Both the position numbers and the translations under genes were made by a program. The notes beneath the pieces were generated by a model. The model did no database searches. It was not told where the DNA came from and saw nothing but the letters and a program-made list of their open reading frames with translations. A stretch of DNA of 64,000 bases from Candidatus Doudnabacteria bacterium (lineage in GTDB: Bacteria; Patescibacteriota; Doudnabacteria; UBA920; O2-02-FULL-48-8). Position 1 is the first letter of the stretch. The number at the start of each line of letters is the position of its first letter. Of this stretch, positions 28,190-39,084 are shown one piece after another. Where the stretch lies: assembly GCA_037200925.1 (NCBI GenBank), contig JBBCGO010000001.1:511698-575697 (forward strand). Reading direction: 5' to 3'.

Positions 28190-28266
28190 AATTGATAAAT
28201 TCTAGCAGACTTCCGTAGATTAAAAAAGTCCTTTGTTGAAAATCCAACTTTATATATAATACCCAT

Positions 28267-29430
28267 ATGACAAAGAAAATTTTAATTGTATCCCTCTTAT
28301 TAGGCTTAATTGCCACCTCCTGCAATAGAGTAGCGGATAACAAGCCTGCAAATGAAGTCGCGATTCCCCAACCTGGTACTTTGGAGAATTTTCAAAGCCA
28401 AAGCGCCAAGGAAGTGGAAAACCCTCAGCAAGGCTCACCTGCGCCTAAGCAAGATTCAACAGCACCAAATAAGACAGCTTCAGTTCCGGCTCATCCGCCC
28501 TGCTCAAATGGCGACAGTCAGAATTTTGAATGTTACGCCCAATATTATAAAAATTTAGTGGAAACCCAAGGTGTTCCTGCAGCCTTCACGAGCCTGCGGG
28601 CGGAATACGACCTCAACGCTTACGTCTCAGCCCAGTGTCATCCTCTGGCTCATGTCATCGGCCAGGCCGCAGTTGAAAAATACCCGACCGTAGCAGAGGC
28701 TTACACTCACGGCGACAGCTTTTGCTGGTCAGGATATTATCATGGAGTTTTGGAAGGAGTGGTGGCAAGGATCGGCAGGCAGAAAGTACCCGGCGCTTTG
28801 AATACTATCTGCGACGGCATTGTGGGCAAGGCCAGCTATTCATTCGATTATTATAACTGCGTCCACGGCCTAGGCCACGGCGTTATGGCGTTCACAAACG
28901 ATGAACTTTTTGATTCCCTGAAACTTTGCGACAAGATCAACGGGGATTGGGAGAAATCTTCCTGCTACAGCGGCGTGTTCATGGAAAACGTCATCGTTGA
29001 CAACAAGAATCATTTTACCAAATATCTGAATCCCGCCGATCCGCTCTATCCTTGCGATGCCGTGGATGCAAAATATAAAAGCACCTGTTACCTGATGCAG
29101 ACATCCTACATGCTGAAGGTCACGACCGGTAATTTCAAGAAGGTGTTTGAGCTGTGTTCCGGGGTGGAAGACGCTTACCGCTCAACCTGCTACCAGAGCC
29201 TCGGCCGGGACGCTTCTGGCAGAAGCAGCAGCAATGTGACTACAACCAAGAACACGTGCGAACTGGGGAAAAATTTTGAACAACAGTCCAACTGCGTCAT
29301 CGGAGCGGTCAAGGACTTTATTTCTTATTTTCATTCGGACACACAGGCCAAGCAATTATGCAACGCTTTGGCCGCCGATCTGCAAACTTTATGTTTGACC
29401 ACAACGGACAGTTATTACAAATCCTTCTAA
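28267..29430 (+). CDS. Cys/His-rich lipoprotein of unknown function
   Basis: Lipobox IATSC; CHPLAHVIG, CWSGYYHG, CVHGLGHG, CYSGVFME. Confidence 0.8.
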   Translation: MTKKILIVSLLLGLIATSCNRVADNKPANEVAIPQPGTLENFQSQSAKEVENPQQGSPAPKQDSTAPNKTASVPAHPPCSNGDSQNFECYAQYYKNLVETQGVPAAFTSLRAEYDLNAYVSAQCHPLAHVIGQAAVEKYPTVAEAYTHGDSFCWSGYYHGVLEGVVARIGRQKVPGALNTICDGIVGKASYSFDYYNCVHGLGHGVMAFTNDELFDSLKLCDKINGDWEKSSCYSGVFMENVIVDNKNHFTKYLNPADPLYPCDAVDAKYKSTCYLMQTSYMLKVTTGNFKKVFELCSGVEDAYRSTCYQSLGRDASGRSSSNVTTTKNTCELGKNFEQQSNCVIGAVKDFISYFHSDTQAKQLCNALAADLQTLCLTTTDSYYKSF

Positions 29431-29431
29431 C

Positions 29432-29564
29432 CTTTAGCGAGGGCGCTGCACAAAAAAAAAGAATTCTGAGGCCGAGTTGCATTACCGCAACGAGGCCGAG
29501 GACTTAGGCGATAAATTTGCAACCGGCAAATTTATGCCGTCTTTTTTTGCAGCACCTGAGCGGC
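29432..29564. repeat. Structured element family 2, copy D
   Basis: CTTTAGCGAGGGCGCTGCA..AAGAATT..CTTAG..GTCTTTTT..GCAGCACCTGAGCGGC; homologous to 37453-37555. Confidence 0.8.
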
Positions 29565-30803
29565 CTAATCATTCTTCATAAAGATCTTATTTTCGAACAG
29601 CCAGTAACTTAGCGCCTTGCTCCACGGCAGAACCGAAAGAAAATATCTCAAGTCAGCGCCTTTACGGATGACCCAGCCCCAAAAACCGGAAACAATGAGG
29701 TTCGGGCTGTACATCACGGCAAATTTACCCGTGACCGGGATGACATAGCGGGTGGACCCGGGCTGATAAGGCACCAGGGATTTGCCGCGGATCATCCGGT
29801 AAATATTTTTTGCCACAAACTTCGCTTGATTGATGGCTTCTTGCGCTGTTTGCGGCATTAATTTTTTGCTTACCGGATCACTAAAGCACAGGTTGTCTCC
29901 GGCGATAAATATATTGGAGTAGTTTTGAAGATTCAAGCTTGGGGTTGTCAGTGTTCGGTCTTTTTTATCCGTTTCCTGAATGTAATCCACGGGCAGACGG
30001 CATGACCGCACGCCGCCGGTCCAGATGAGCAGGTCGCATTCCAGCCGCTCTTTCATGTTCAAGGTCACAAAATCTTTGCCAAGTTCAGTGATCAGGGCTG
30101 AAAATCTAGTCTCAATGCCCATCTGGCTGATCCGGGCGGAAACGATGGAGGAAACTTTTTCCGAAAGTCCGCTCAGTAGGCCCGGTCCGCCTTCCACAAC
30201 CAATATCTTGAATTTATCCAGATCTTTTCCGTGATACATACACTCATGCTTCAGAAGATTGTGCAGTTCGCCGGCAAATTCCGTGCCGGAAAACCCGCCG
30301 CCGCCGACTATGAACTGGGCGTGGTCTTTTTTCACGACCAGATCCTCAACGCGGTTGCGGATCATGATCGCATCTTCCAGGCTTTTAAGGGTAAAGCCAA
30401 ATTTTTCCAGATTAGTAATGCCGTAAAAATCCGAAATACTGCCCAAAGCGCAGACCAGATAGTCAAATGGAATTATTCTTGAGTCAGTTATCACTTTGCT
30501 GCCTGCGGTGTCGATCCTGTCCACGAAACCCTTGAAGACTTTGACTTTGGTCTTGCCGAATATATCGGAGAATGGAATAGTCACTGTGCGCTTGACCTTT
30601 TTTGCTTCCACCAGCCGATGCTCAGTGGTGGCCGCTTCATACAGTCCGGCCTGATAAGTCTGGTAATCCTTGTGGTCAACCAGAATAATCTCATACTCAT
30701 CGCTGTCATGCAGGTAATTGTTCAGGTCCAAGGCCGCGCGGACGCCGGCAAATCCGCCGCCGACGATCACAATATTCTTTTTTACTAGATTATTTTTTTT
30801 CAT
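29565..30803 (-). CDS. ndh: Type II NADH dehydrogenase-like FAD oxidoreductase
   Basis: IVGGGFAG, DYLV.ALGS, VGGGFSGTEFAGE, IWTGGV, FIAGD, TAQ.A. Confidence 0.85.
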   Translation of the reverse strand: MKKNNLVKKNIVIVGGGFAGVRAALDLNNYLHDSDEYEIILVDHKDYQTYQAGLYEAATTEHRLVEAKKVKRTVTIPFSDIFGKTKVKVFKGFVDRIDTAGSKVITDSRIIPFDYLVCALGSISDFYGITNLEKFGFTLKSLEDAIMIRNRVEDLVVKKDHAQFIVGGGGFSGTEFAGELHNLLKHECMYHGKDLDKFKILVVEGGPGLLSGLSEKVSSIVSARISQMGIETRFSALITELGKDFVTLNMKERLECDLLIWTGGVRSCRLPVDYIQETDKKDRTLTTPSLNLQNYSNIFIAGDNLCFSDPVSKKLMPQTAQEAINQAKFVAKNIYRMIRGKSLVPYQPGSTRYVIPVTGKFAVMYSPNLIVSGFWGWVIRKGADLRYFLSVLPWSKALSYWLFENKIFMKND

Positions 30804-30874
30804 CCCTTGTTCCCGCTGTGAGCAGTTTCATAAAAAAAGCACTTTAATTATACCACAAGTGCTGTTTAGTTTAT

Positions 30875-31138
30875 TTATAGATGCCCTGTAATTTTCAGAT
30901 CATCGATCTGCCTGTTCAAGTGAGAGATATCAGCTTCCAGTTTTAATATTTGATGATAAAGTTGTTCGCTCTTTTCCCGTTCTTCCTCCGTCCCGGAGCT
31001 GTACATAACGAGCGTACGCGATATGCTGAATTCTGCCTTGGCCTGTTCCAGCTCCTTAACTGCGTCGCTGCGCTTGCTCATCAAGGATTCCAGCGATTCA
31101 GGAGCAAACTCTTCTCTGTCAATTTCCGGGTTCATCAT
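30875..31138 (-). CDS. Hypothetical coiled-coil protein
   Basis: Overlaps the stop of the upstream pseudouridine synthase (ATGA); helical, charged. Confidence 0.6.
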   Translation of the reverse strand: MMNPEIDREEFAPESLESLMSKRSDAVKELEQAKAEFSISRTLVMYSSGTEEEREKSEQLYHQILKLEADISHLNRQIDDLKITGHL

Positions 31139-31818
31139 ACGATCTCAGATTTACCGATAATTTTATATTGTCCCAATTGTAAATCATTCAACTTTAATTT
31201 TCCGATCCTGATCCTCTTTAAATTGCGGACAGAATAACCCAATTCCCCGAACATCTTGCGAATTTGGCGGTTCCAGCCCTCGTGGATAGTAATATACACT
31301 GTGGTGCCGTTCGTGCGGATCTTGGCTGGCGCAGTTTTTTTCCCGTCTATCATCATCCCGCCTTGGATCTTCTCAATTCGGCCGGCAGAAAGTTCTTTAT
31401 CCAAAGTCACTTCATATTCCTTTTCATGTTCTTTTGAAGGATGCGTCAGTGTCTGGGTCAATTCCCCGTCATTGGTGAAGATCAGCAGGCCTTCAGTGTC
31501 AAAATCCAATCTTCCGACCGGCCAAACAATATTTTTTAAGTTTGCCGGCAGCAATTCAAACACTGTCCGCCGCTTTCTGGGATCATTCCGGGTGGTGATA
31601 TACCTCTTCGGTTTGTTCAATGCAAGATAAACCAATTTTTGCAGGCCGATCTTTTTACCGTTGACCTCGATCTTGTCTTTGTCAGTATCAACTTTAGTGC
31701 CAAGTTCCCTGACAACTTTGCCGTTGACCTTGACCTTGCCCGCGGTGATCAGATCTTCCGCATGCCGGCGGGAAGCGACCCCGGCCCCGGAAATGAATTT
31801 TTGCAGCCGTTCCAGCAT
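31135..31818 (-). CDS. rluB: rRNA pseudouridine synthase (RsuA/RluB family)
   Basis: S4 domain RLQKFI..AGVASRR; GRLDFDTEGLL; EGWNRQIRKM. Confidence 0.88.
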   Translation of the reverse strand: MLERLQKFISGAGVASRRHAEDLITAGKVKVNGKVVRELGTKVDTDKDKIEVNGKKIGLQKLVYLALNKPKRYITTRNDPRKRRTVFELLPANLKNIVWPVGRLDFDTEGLLIFTNDGELTQTLTHPSKEHEKEYEVTLDKELSAGRIEKIQGGMMIDGKKTAPAKIRTNGTTVYITIHEGWNRQIRKMFGELGYSVRNLKRIRIGKLKLNDLQLGQYKIIGKSEIV

Positions 31819-32300
31819 CAGCTGGATCCAATCAGGTAACCTGCCAAAAAAACCAGCGCGCCGCCGACAACGACCTGGACCATGGAAAGAAAAAAATTCA
31901 TCTTCATGTATTTGTAGCGGATAAAAGCAATGGAGATCAATTCGATCCCGACGATTATATAGGCAAAATATAAAGCGTGGTTTAGGTTGACAAGCAAGAA
32001 AGGCAGGGTGTGAAAGATCCCGCCCAAAAAGGTCATAAGGCCGGTAATGCCGCCGCGGATGATCGGATGCCCGCGGCCGGTGAGGATCCCGTCATCGGAA
32101 AGCCCTTCGGCAAACGCCATGCTGATGCCGGCGCCGGTAGCCGCAGCCGTGCCGATGAGAAAAGCGATGTGAGTGTTATGCGTGGCGAAAGCCGTAGCAA
32201 ACAAGGGAGCCAGCGTGGATACTGAGCCGTCCATCAAGCCCAACAGGCCCGGTTGGATGACCTTGCGCAAAAAATGAGAGTCTTGTTGTGTATCTGGCAT
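31818..32300 (-). CDS. VIT1/CCC1 family membrane protein
   Basis: [34 protein letters not shown]. Confidence 0.85.
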   Translation of the reverse strand: MPDTQQDSHFLRKVIQPGLLGLMDGSVSTLAPLFATAFATHNTHIAFLIGTAAATGAGISMAFAEGLSDDGILTGRGHPIIRGGITGLMTFLGGIFHTLPFLLVNLNHALYFAYIIVGIELISIAFIRYKYMKMNFFLSMVQVVVGGALVFLAGYLIGSS

Positions 32301-32347
32301 ATGAGTATATCTTACCTAAATTTGGACAAAAAGAAAAAGCCGAAGAG

Positions 32348-32830
32348 TCAGTGAACATCTTTCGGCGTGTGGGATGAACGTTCCGGAGGAAAGGGCTTTT
32401 CGTCCGCCAATTGCGGTCCGAGTCGCTTGGCGATCGTGCTGACCCGAACAATGTCCTTAAGATAAACCAGCTCGTTCCCAGTTTCGCTGCTGCCGACCCT
32501 CAACAGCAGGACGCCGTGAGATTCGGAAAGATCAAGGACAGTACCTTCGATCCACCCGCTGCCGTTGATGAAAAGCTTGATCAGGCCACTGCCCGAAGTT
32601 CGCGCATATTGGATCATGCGGACTTTTGACTCCGATTCCCGGCGTTCCGGCACCCTCGGCGGGATGAATTCAGTTATAGGATGGTCGGGCATGGTAAGCA
32701 GGATCACGAATTCGCCCACGGCGATCAGGGAGATCAGCACAACCCACGTGACATGCTCCATGAAGGGAAAAAAAGCTTTGCCGAAAAGAAGGCAGGCCGA
32801 AAGTGATGAAACCCATCTGATCCTTCGCAT
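32348..32830 (-). CDS. Hypothetical membrane-anchored protein (ORFan)
   Basis: AGGAGG SD; N-terminal hydrophobic segments; downstream of tRNA-Lys. Confidence 0.65.
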   Translation of the reverse strand: MRRIRWVSSLSACLLFGKAFFPFMEHVTWVVLISLIAVGEFVILLTMPDHPITEFIPPRVPERRESESKVRMIQYARTSGSGLIKLFINGSGWIEGTVLDLSESHGVLLLRVGSSETGNELVYLKDIVRVSTIAKRLGPQLADEKPFPPERSSHTPKDVH

Positions 32831-32902
32831 GCAGTCCTCCTATGAAAAACTGGCAAAAATTCAGAAATATATTTACGTCCAAACTTTTGCCAATTTATTT
32901 TC

Positions 32903-32977
32903 TGGTGGGTGTGGCGCGGATCGAACGCGCGACCCTCTGCTTAAAAGGCAGGTGCTCTACCACTGAGCTACACACCC
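32903..32977 (-). tRNA. tRNA-Lys(TTT)
   Basis: GGGTGTGTAGCTCAGTGGTAGAGC..CT TTT AA..GTTCGATCC..CCCACCA. Confidence 0.96.
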
Positions 32978-32980
32978 TCT

Positions 32981-33101
32981 CGTCGCAATTGCCGAACACT
33001 TCGCATTTTTTGCGAAACAAAAAAATGCTACGGTCTGGGCATTGCTCCTCTCAATTTCAAATGCAATTTTTAGCCCTTGGTCAGCATTTGAAATTGTAAT
33101 T
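32981..33101 (-). repeat. Structured leader element family 1, copy C (abuts tRNA-Lys 5' end)
   Basis: Minus strand: hairpin, then AGAGGAGCAATGCCCAGAC CGTAGCA[hairpin]TGCGAAGT GTTCGGCAATTGCGACG. Confidence 0.85.
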
Positions 33102-33138
33102 AAAAGGCTTATTTATTATACAGATTTTCTGGAATTTT

Positions 33139-34278
33139 TCAAGACTTGAACTTGCTCCAAAATCCTTCATCCACATCCACGGCTTCGCCTTTTTCTTGAG
33201 CAATTTGTTTGAACAATTCTTTTTCTTTCTTGTTCAGCTTGGTAGGAGTAACCACGTGCACGGTCACCAAATGATCTCCGCGGCCGGAGCCGTTTAAGAC
33301 AGGCACTCCCCGGCTTTTCAGCCGAAAAACCTTGCCGGTCTGAGTACCCGCCGGGATCTTCAGCTTCACCGGCCCATCCACGGTCTGAACTTCAACTTCT
33401 GTACCCAAGGCGGCCTGATAAAAACTTAAAGGCGCTTCGGAATAGATCGTGCTGCCTTCACGTTTGAAATTTTTGTCTCCTGACACATGCAGCTGCAGAT
33501 ACAAATCGCCGAAATTAGAGCCTTTGTATCCCACTTCGCCTTCGTTCGGGATACGGATCCTTTGCCCATCCTCAACTCCGGCCGGAATTTTGATGTTCAG
33601 GGTTTTAGTCCGTCTGACGTGGCCTGAGCCTTTGCATTCCGTACATGCTCTTTCTGCGACCTTGCCGGTGCCGTCGCATTCATCGCACGTCGCGGTAGAG
33701 GCCAGCTGGCCGAATATCGTCCGGCGGGAGGTCCTGATCTGTCCCTGGCCATGGCATTTGGGGCAGGTCATTATCTTGCTTCCCGGTTCAGCCCCCGATC
33801 CTTTGCAATGAGGACAAGCGTCCGCTTTTTCCAAAGTTATTTCTTTTTCCACGCCAAATACCGCTTCTTCAAAAGTCAGATAAACTTCCATTTCCAGGTC
33901 CACGCCCCGCTCGCGCCGGGCGCGCCGGGTCGCGGTCTGGCCTCCGCCAAAAATATCGGAAAAAATATCGAAAGCATCTTCAAATTCCACGCCGCCATTG
34001 AAGCCCTGCGAAAAATTGGAGAAATCAAAGCCGTTGAAACCCGGCCCTCCTGCTCCCTGCGCCGTGTTCTGGAAGTTTGCGCCAAGGCGGTCAAACTGAG
34101 CCCGCTTATTCGGATCAGACAAGACCTGATAAGCTTCGTTTATCTCCTTGAACTTTCCCTCATTGCCCTTGTTCTTATCAGGATGGTGTTCGTGGGCCAA
34201 TTTGCGGTAAGCTTTTTTTATCTCGTCAGCGGAAGCCGTTTTCGAAACACCTAAAGTTTGATAATAATCAGCGGCCAT
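33139..34278 (-). CDS. dnaJ: Chaperone DnaJ
   Basis: J domain HPD; four CxxCxGxG repeats; start at MAADYY. Confidence 0.98.
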   Translation of the reverse strand: MAADYYQTLGVSKTASADEIKKAYRKLAHEHHPDKNKGNEGKFKEINEAYQVLSDPNKRAQFDRLGANFQNTAQGAGGPGFNGFDFSNFSQGFNGGVEFEDAFDIFSDIFGGGQTATRRARRERGVDLEMEVYLTFEEAVFGVEKEITLEKADACPHCKGSGAEPGSKIMTCPKCHGQGQIRTSRRTIFGQLASTATCDECDGTGKVAERACTECKGSGHVRRTKTLNIKIPAGVEDGQRIRIPNEGEVGYKGSNFGDLYLQLHVSGDKNFKREGSTIYSEAPLSFYQAALGTEVEVQTVDGPVKLKIPAGTQTGKVFRLKSRGVPVLNGSGRGDHLVTVHVVTPTKLNKKEKELFKQIAQEKGEAVDVDEGFWSKFKS

Positions 34279-34282
34279 AAAT

Positions 34283-35176
34283 TTATATGTCCAATTTCTC
34301 CACCTCAATCTCGACTTTGGTTAATTTGAAAAATTTCAACGCCAATAATATCTTATACAGCAGCCAGCAGACTATTTGCGTCGCCCAGTTAAGCAAGAAT
34401 GCAAATGTCAGAAGCAAGCCCGTGACAATGATCGCGAAAACAAACGGGAAATAATTCTGGTAATTTGCCGTAGCCTGCTTTATCTTGTCCGTAGCGATCT
34501 GAGCGAACACATCCGCCAGAGTCTGGTTGCCTGACACGGCTTTGATCTGAAACTGGTTGAAAAAATTATCGCGGTATTGCTTTATTATGGAAGGATTTGT
34601 GGTCTGTGCCTGCGACGACAAAAATTGGTCAAGCGTCTGGTTAAAATCAACGCCGGTGGGCAGGTCTTTGGTAAAATACGGCACAGTTTTGGCTGCCGCC
34701 TGCCCTAAGCGCTCGTAATAAGCGTCAGGATTTGCCTTAAAGTCCGCCTGCGTATTGTAATAAACATTGCACCCGATCAGAAGCAGAATAGCGTAGATCA
34801 TGACCGAGACGCTGTTTGAGATCACGCGCCGCATGGAAAAATCAACAGAGTTCTTTTCTTCGGACCTGATGCGCCATTCATAGAAGAACATCAGCAACAG
34901 GAAGATCGCTCCACCCAGGATCACAATTACGTCTTTGGGCATCAGTACCACATAACCCGCAACTATCAGTATCGGAACGATCACGCGGATCATGTGATTC
35001 CTGTTGGTCAGTAAAAAAAATGTCAGAAATGAAATGCCAAAGAGTGTTGTGAGCACAAACCAGACCCAAAAGATCGGAGGCTTCCCATGGTAGATCGCCT
35101 GGTTCAAAAGCACCCAGTCAAGCACCCAGAAGGCGATTGAGATCAAAGCTAATATTATTATTTTTGTGTTTTTCAT
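34283..35176 (-). CDS. Multi-pass membrane protein
   Basis: 297 aa, multiple TM segments, inside dnaK operon. Confidence 0.8.
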   Translation of the reverse strand: MKNTKIIILALISIAFWVLDWVLLNQAIYHGKPPIFWVWFVLTTLFGISFLTFFLLTNRNHMIRVIVPILIVAGYVVLMPKDVIVILGGAIFLLLMFFYEWRIRSEEKNSVDFSMRRVISNSVSVMIYAILLLIGCNVYYNTQADFKANPDAYYERLGQAAAKTVPYFTKDLPTGVDFNQTLDQFLSSQAQTTNPSIIKQYRDNFFNQFQIKAVSGNQTLADVFAQIATDKIKQATANYQNYFPFVFAIIVTGLLLTFAFLLNWATQIVCWLLYKILLALKFFKLTKVEIEVEKLDI

Positions 35177-35210
35177 ATGGATTAGGGTTGATATGCCACT
35201 GGCATATCAA

Positions 35211-35540
35211 CTACTTACTGCCGAACCCAAAACCCCGGTCAGAAGTTGAAGAAGGGGCTACCGGCGCTTGCGGGTTCTGATCCGCGATCTTTCCGAACTG
35301 CTCTTCATACTTCTTCAGATTGTCGCTCAGGGCTGCGACTATGCGCTTGAAATGCCCGGGATTGGTAATGACTTTTGCCGTGGCAATGCCCTGGCCCGGA
35401 GGCGGGAAAAAAGTGATGTTGATGAAATCCAGAATGAACTCTTCTTTGGTGTGCGAAACGAACATGTTGTTCGCATAAGCACCCTTCAGAACATCATCCG
35501 TAATTTTAACATTAATATTCTGCTGCTGTGGGGTATCCAT
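35211..35540 (-). CDS. DUF3467-like protein
   Basis: GAYAN...HTKEEFILDF...P.HFKRI..AL..N..KYEEQFG.I. Confidence 0.82.
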   Translation of the reverse strand: MDTPQQQNINVKITDDVLKGAYANNMFVSHTKEEFILDFINITFFPPPGQGIATAKVITNPGHFKRIVAALSDNLKKYEEQFGKIADQNPQAPVAPSSTSDRGFGFGSK

Positions 35541-35566
35541 AGGTTTCCTTTCTAAGGATTACTTAA

Positions 35567-37438
35567 TTATTTTTTATCCTTACTTACATCCTTAAATTCT
35601 GCATCAACGGATCCTTCTGCGCCTTGGTCGGGATTAGGCTCCGAATCTGTCGGTGAACCAGGCTGTTGCGGAGGTGTCTGCTGATACATGGCTGCGCCGA
35701 CTTTCTGAATGCTTGCCGACAGTTCATCCATGGCTTTTTTGATCGGATCCAATTCCGGTTTGTCCTTCACGCCTTTCAAAGCCTCAATTTTATCCGTGAC
35801 GTCTTTTTTGTCAGCCTCCGGCACTTTATCGCCGGCATCTTTCAGGGTGCGTTCCGAAACGGAAATTAAAGTATCAGCTTGATTGCGGGTTTCTATCACT
35901 TCACGATTCTTCTTATCCTCTTCCGCGTGGGCTTCCGCTTCCTTTTTCATGCGCTCCACTTCGTCTTTGGAAAGATTCGATGAACCTGTGATAGTGATGT
36001 TCTGCGATTTGCCAGATGCTTTGTCTTTGGCCGTGACTTTCAGAATCCCGTTGGCGTCAATATCAAATGTAACTTCCACCTGCGGCACTCCCCGGGGAGC
36101 TGGCGGCAGGCCATCCAGATGAAACCGGCCCAAAGATTTATTGGCCGAGGCCAGCGGCCGTTCGCCCTGCACCACATTTATCTCAACCGAGGTCTGATTA
36201 TCAGCCGCGGTAGAGAAGGTCTGCGTTTTGGAAGTTGGGATAGTAGTATTTCGTTCTATCAAAGGCGTGGCCACGCCACCCAATGTTTCCAGGCCCAGGG
36301 TCAGAGGCGTGACATCCAGCAAAAGAATTTCTTTACCGGCAACATCGCCGGACAAAACTCCGGCTTGCACTGCAGCGCCTTTGGCTACTGCTTCCATAGG
36401 GTCAATGCCCCTTTCTACCTGCTTGCCGATGTACTCTTCCACGAACTTGGCCACGACCGGCATGCGCGTAGGGCCGCCGACCAGAATAATTTTGGCAATA
36501 TCATTCGGTGTCAGCTTGGCATCGGTCAGAGCCTGCTCCACGGGATGCTTCATTCGCGCCACTATCGGCTTTACCAGTTCCTCAAGCTTGGACCGGGTCA
36601 GTTTCATGTTCAAATGCTTGGGGCCCTGGGCATCGGCTGAGATGAACGGCAGGTTAAGATCAGTTTCTAGAGTGGTTGAAAGTTCAATTTTGGCTTTCTC
36701 AACCGCCTCACGCACGCGGTTCATGGCCATTTTATCTGCGGTGAGGTCCAGTCCGGTCTCGCGTTTGAATTCCGAAACTACAAAGTCTATCAAAGCCTGG
36801 TCCATGTCCTTGCCGCCGAGCTGCGTGTCGCCCGAGGTGGACAAAACTTCAAACGTTGCCTGACCTTCGGACTCGCCGAAGTCCATGATGGTCACATCCA
36901 GAGTGCCGCCGCCCAAGTCAAATACTAAAATTTTCTGGTCTTTGCCTGTTTTATCCAAACCGTAAGCAAACGCAGCCGCTGTCGGCTCATTGATCACGCG
37001 TACAACTTCCAGACCTGCGATCTCGCCGGCGTTTTTCGTGGCCTGCCTTTGGCTGTCGTCAAAGTAGGCGGGAACTGTGATCACGGCTTTGGCCACCGGC
37101 TCGCCCAAGTATGCTTCCGCATCTTTTTTTATCTTCTGCAGAAGAAATGCGGATAGCTGTTCCGGTGCATATTCTTTTCCTTGCAGTTTATACTTAAAGT
37201 TCGTGCCCATTTTGCGCTTGAATTCAAACGCCGTGCCCTCGGGGTTCGTTACGGCCTGTCGTCTGGCCGGTTCCCCGACCAAAAGCTGGCCGTCTTTGGT
37301 AAACGCAACATAAGACGGGAAGGCTTTGCCGGCCATGGTCTGGCCTTCGGCAGATGGGATGATGACGGGCTTGCCCGCTTCCATCACCGCCGCGGCACTA
37401 TTTGATGTTCCTAAATCTATTCCTATAATTTTCGGCAT
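35567..37438 (-). CDS. dnaK: Chaperone DnaK
   Basis: [37 protein letters not shown]; short (gram-positive/archaeal-type) N-terminal region. Confidence 0.99.
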   Translation of the reverse strand: MPKIIGIDLGTSNSAAAVMEAGKPVIIPSAEGQTMAGKAFPSYVAFTKDGQLLVGEPARRQAVTNPEGTAFEFKRKMGTNFKYKLQGKEYAPEQLSAFLLQKIKKDAEAYLGEPVAKAVITVPAYFDDSQRQATKNAGEIAGLEVVRVINEPTAAAFAYGLDKTGKDQKILVFDLGGGTLDVTIMDFGESEGQATFEVLSTSGDTQLGGKDMDQALIDFVVSEFKRETGLDLTADKMAMNRVREAVEKAKIELSTTLETDLNLPFISADAQGPKHLNMKLTRSKLEELVKPIVARMKHPVEQALTDAKLTPNDIAKIILVGGPTRMPVVAKFVEEYIGKQVERGIDPMEAVAKGAAVQAGVLSGDVAGKEILLLDVTPLTLGLETLGGVATPLIERNTTIPTSKTQTFSTAADNQTSVEINVVQGERPLASANKSLGRFHLDGLPPAPRGVPQVEVTFDIDANGILKVTAKDKASGKSQNITITGSSNLSKDEVERMKKEAEAHAEEDKKNREVIETRNQADTLISVSERTLKDAGDKVPEADKKDVTDKIEALKGVKDKPELDPIKKAMDELSASIQKVGAAMYQQTPPQQPGSPTDSEPNPDQGAEGSVDAEFKDVSKDKK

Positions 37439-37452
37439 ACTTCATATCCTTT

Positions 37453-37555
37453 CTTTAGCGAGGGTGTTGCAGAAAAAAGAATTGCGAGCCGCTTTCCAAT
37501 GCGGTGAGCCTTAGTCCGCTTCAGCGGACGTCTTTTTTCGCAATACCCGAGCGCC
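37453..37555. repeat. Structured element family 2, copy E
   Basis: CTTTAGCGAGGGTGTTGCA..AAGAATT..CTTAG..GTCTTTTTT..GCAATACCCGAGCGCC. Confidence 0.8.
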
Positions 37556-38008
37556 TTATTTTCCCACAGCGACCTTGGCGGGAATTATTACTTTATTATT
37601 TAATGTAAATCCGGGTTGTAATTCTTTTACGATTCTCCCAGGGGGCTGGCCTTCAATTTCTTCCACTGCTTCATGTATTTCGTGATCAAACTGCTCGCCT
37701 ACTGTTTTTATCTTCACAACTCCCAGCTCTTCCATGGATTTTTCCAATTGCTGTATTGTGGCTTTCAGTCCTGTGAGCCAATCTTTATACTTCTCATCAT
37801 CCGGCGCATAAAACAGAACTTGTTCCAGGCTTTGCAGAGAAGGCATCAGCCTTATGACTGCCATTTCCTTGGCAAACTCAAACAGTTCTTTGGATTCCGC
37901 TTCCTTGCGCTTCTTATAATTCTCAAAGTCCGCCGCTGTCCGCTTCCAGTTGGCGGTCAATTGGGCGATCTGGTCTTCCGGACTTAAAATCTCTGGTTCA
38001 TCTGACAT
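37556..38008 (-). CDS. grpE: Nucleotide exchange factor GrpE
   Basis: ADFENYKKR, FDHEIHEAV, QPGF.L...I.PAKV.V. Confidence 0.96.
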   Translation of the reverse strand: MSDEPEILSPEDQIAQLTANWKRTAADFENYKKRKEAESKELFEFAKEMAVIRLMPSLQSLEQVLFYAPDDEKYKDWLTGLKATIQQLEKSMEELGVVKIKTVGEQFDHEIHEAVEEIEGQPPGRIVKELQPGFTLNNKVIIPAKVAVGK

Positions 38009-38732
38009 AAGTTATCAATATAATTACTGCTGCACCTGAAATTATTTTCGCCAAATAATTAATGATAGACAGATTCTTGGCATAAGACATGCGTTTCGGC
38101 CCGATGATGCCGATCACGCCTTTTTTGCCGCCCGGCATGTTGACATTGGAAACCACAAGGCTCAAATTCTTCGGCACCGGCACAGGCGATTCGCCGCCGA
38201 TGATGGCTTCAGCCGTAACTTCTGATTTTTTCACCAGCTTGTTTGCTGTCTGATCAATGTTTTCCAAAAGCTGGGCTACCTGCTTCATGGTCTTAGGGTC
38301 GCTGAATTCCGGATCCCCGATAATATGCGACAGACCCGTGGCGGATGACTGGTTTGGCAAAAGCGCAAAGGCGGCTTGCCCGGAAACCTGGGCCAAAAGA
38401 TTGGAAATAGACCGGCCCAACTGTTCGTGGGCCGCAGAAAGTTTCATCAGTTCGCTTTTCAGCATTTTCCGCTCTTTTTCCGATAGCTCAAACCTGCGCA
38501 TCAGTTCGTTCACAAAGAACCGGTAGCCTTTATCCGTAGGTACCCGTCCTGCGGATTTATGGGGCTGCATGATAAAGCCTGCTTTTTCCAGCTCGCTCAT
38601 ATCATTGCGGATAGTAGCAGAGCTGACCTTGAGGCCATAGCGCTCCACGATCTCCTTGGACCCCACCGGATTGGCGGTTTCCGAGTATTCCTTAACTATC
38701 GCGGCTAATATCTTTTGATGACGTAATTCCAT
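37998..38732 (-). CDS. hrcA: Heat-inducible transcription repressor HrcA (short form)
   Basis: PVGSK, SSATIRNDM, QPH.SAGRVPTDKGYR, IIGPKRM.Y. Confidence 0.96.
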   Translation of the reverse strand: MELRHQKILAAIVKEYSETANPVGSKEIVERYGLKVSSATIRNDMSELEKAGFIMQPHKSAGRVPTDKGYRFFVNELMRRFELSEKERKMLKSELMKLSAAHEQLGRSISNLLAQVSGQAAFALLPNQSSATGLSHIIGDPEFSDPKTMKQVAQLLENIDQTANKLVKKSEVTAEAIIGGESPVPVPKNLSLVVSNVNMPGGKKGVIGIIGPKRMSYAKNLSIINYLAKIISGAAVIILITYVR

Positions 38733-38746
38733 ATTTAAACCCCTTT

Positions 38747-38773
38747 TTAGCACTCCAAGCCTGCGAGTGCCAA
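38747..38773. promoter_or_regulatory. CIRCE element 1
   Basis: TTAGCACTC-N9-GAGTGCCAA. Confidence 0.92.
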
Positions 38774-38784
38774 CCGTAATTTAT

Positions 38785-38820
38785 ATTTTAATACTGGCAC
38801 TCTAGGTTGTCAAGTGCTAA
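38785..38820 (-). promoter_or_regulatory. hrcA operon promoter overlapped by CIRCE element 2
   Basis: CTGGCACTC-N9-AAGTGCTAA (38794-38820); minus TTGACA(38813-38808)-17-TAAAAT(38790-38785). Confidence 0.85.
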
Positions 38821-38844
38821 AATGGATTGGTCAGGAGGACAATT

Positions 38845-39024
38845 ATGGCCTTGACCGCACGCGAATTCTTGCGCCGCATGGAAACCGATGGCTTCCGAGA
38901 GGAAGACAAAAAAGAAGCGGAAAGACGACGGCAGGAAGAGCTCAAGGACGATCAGGCACTCCGAGCACTTAGCGACGCCATCGAGCGTCACCCAATTCAC
39001 ACCCCTCGCATCCGGCGCGGATAG
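38845..39024 (+). CDS. Small charged hypothetical protein
   Basis: AGGAGG SD; followed by hairpin and T-run. Confidence 0.6.
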   Translation: MALTAREFLRRMETDGFREEDKKEAERRRQEELKDDQALRALSDAIERHPIHTPRIRRG

Positions 39025-39084
39025 CCCACACATGACAAACACAAAAGACGAGCCCACGACTCGTCCTTTTTTTTGGAATTTCGG

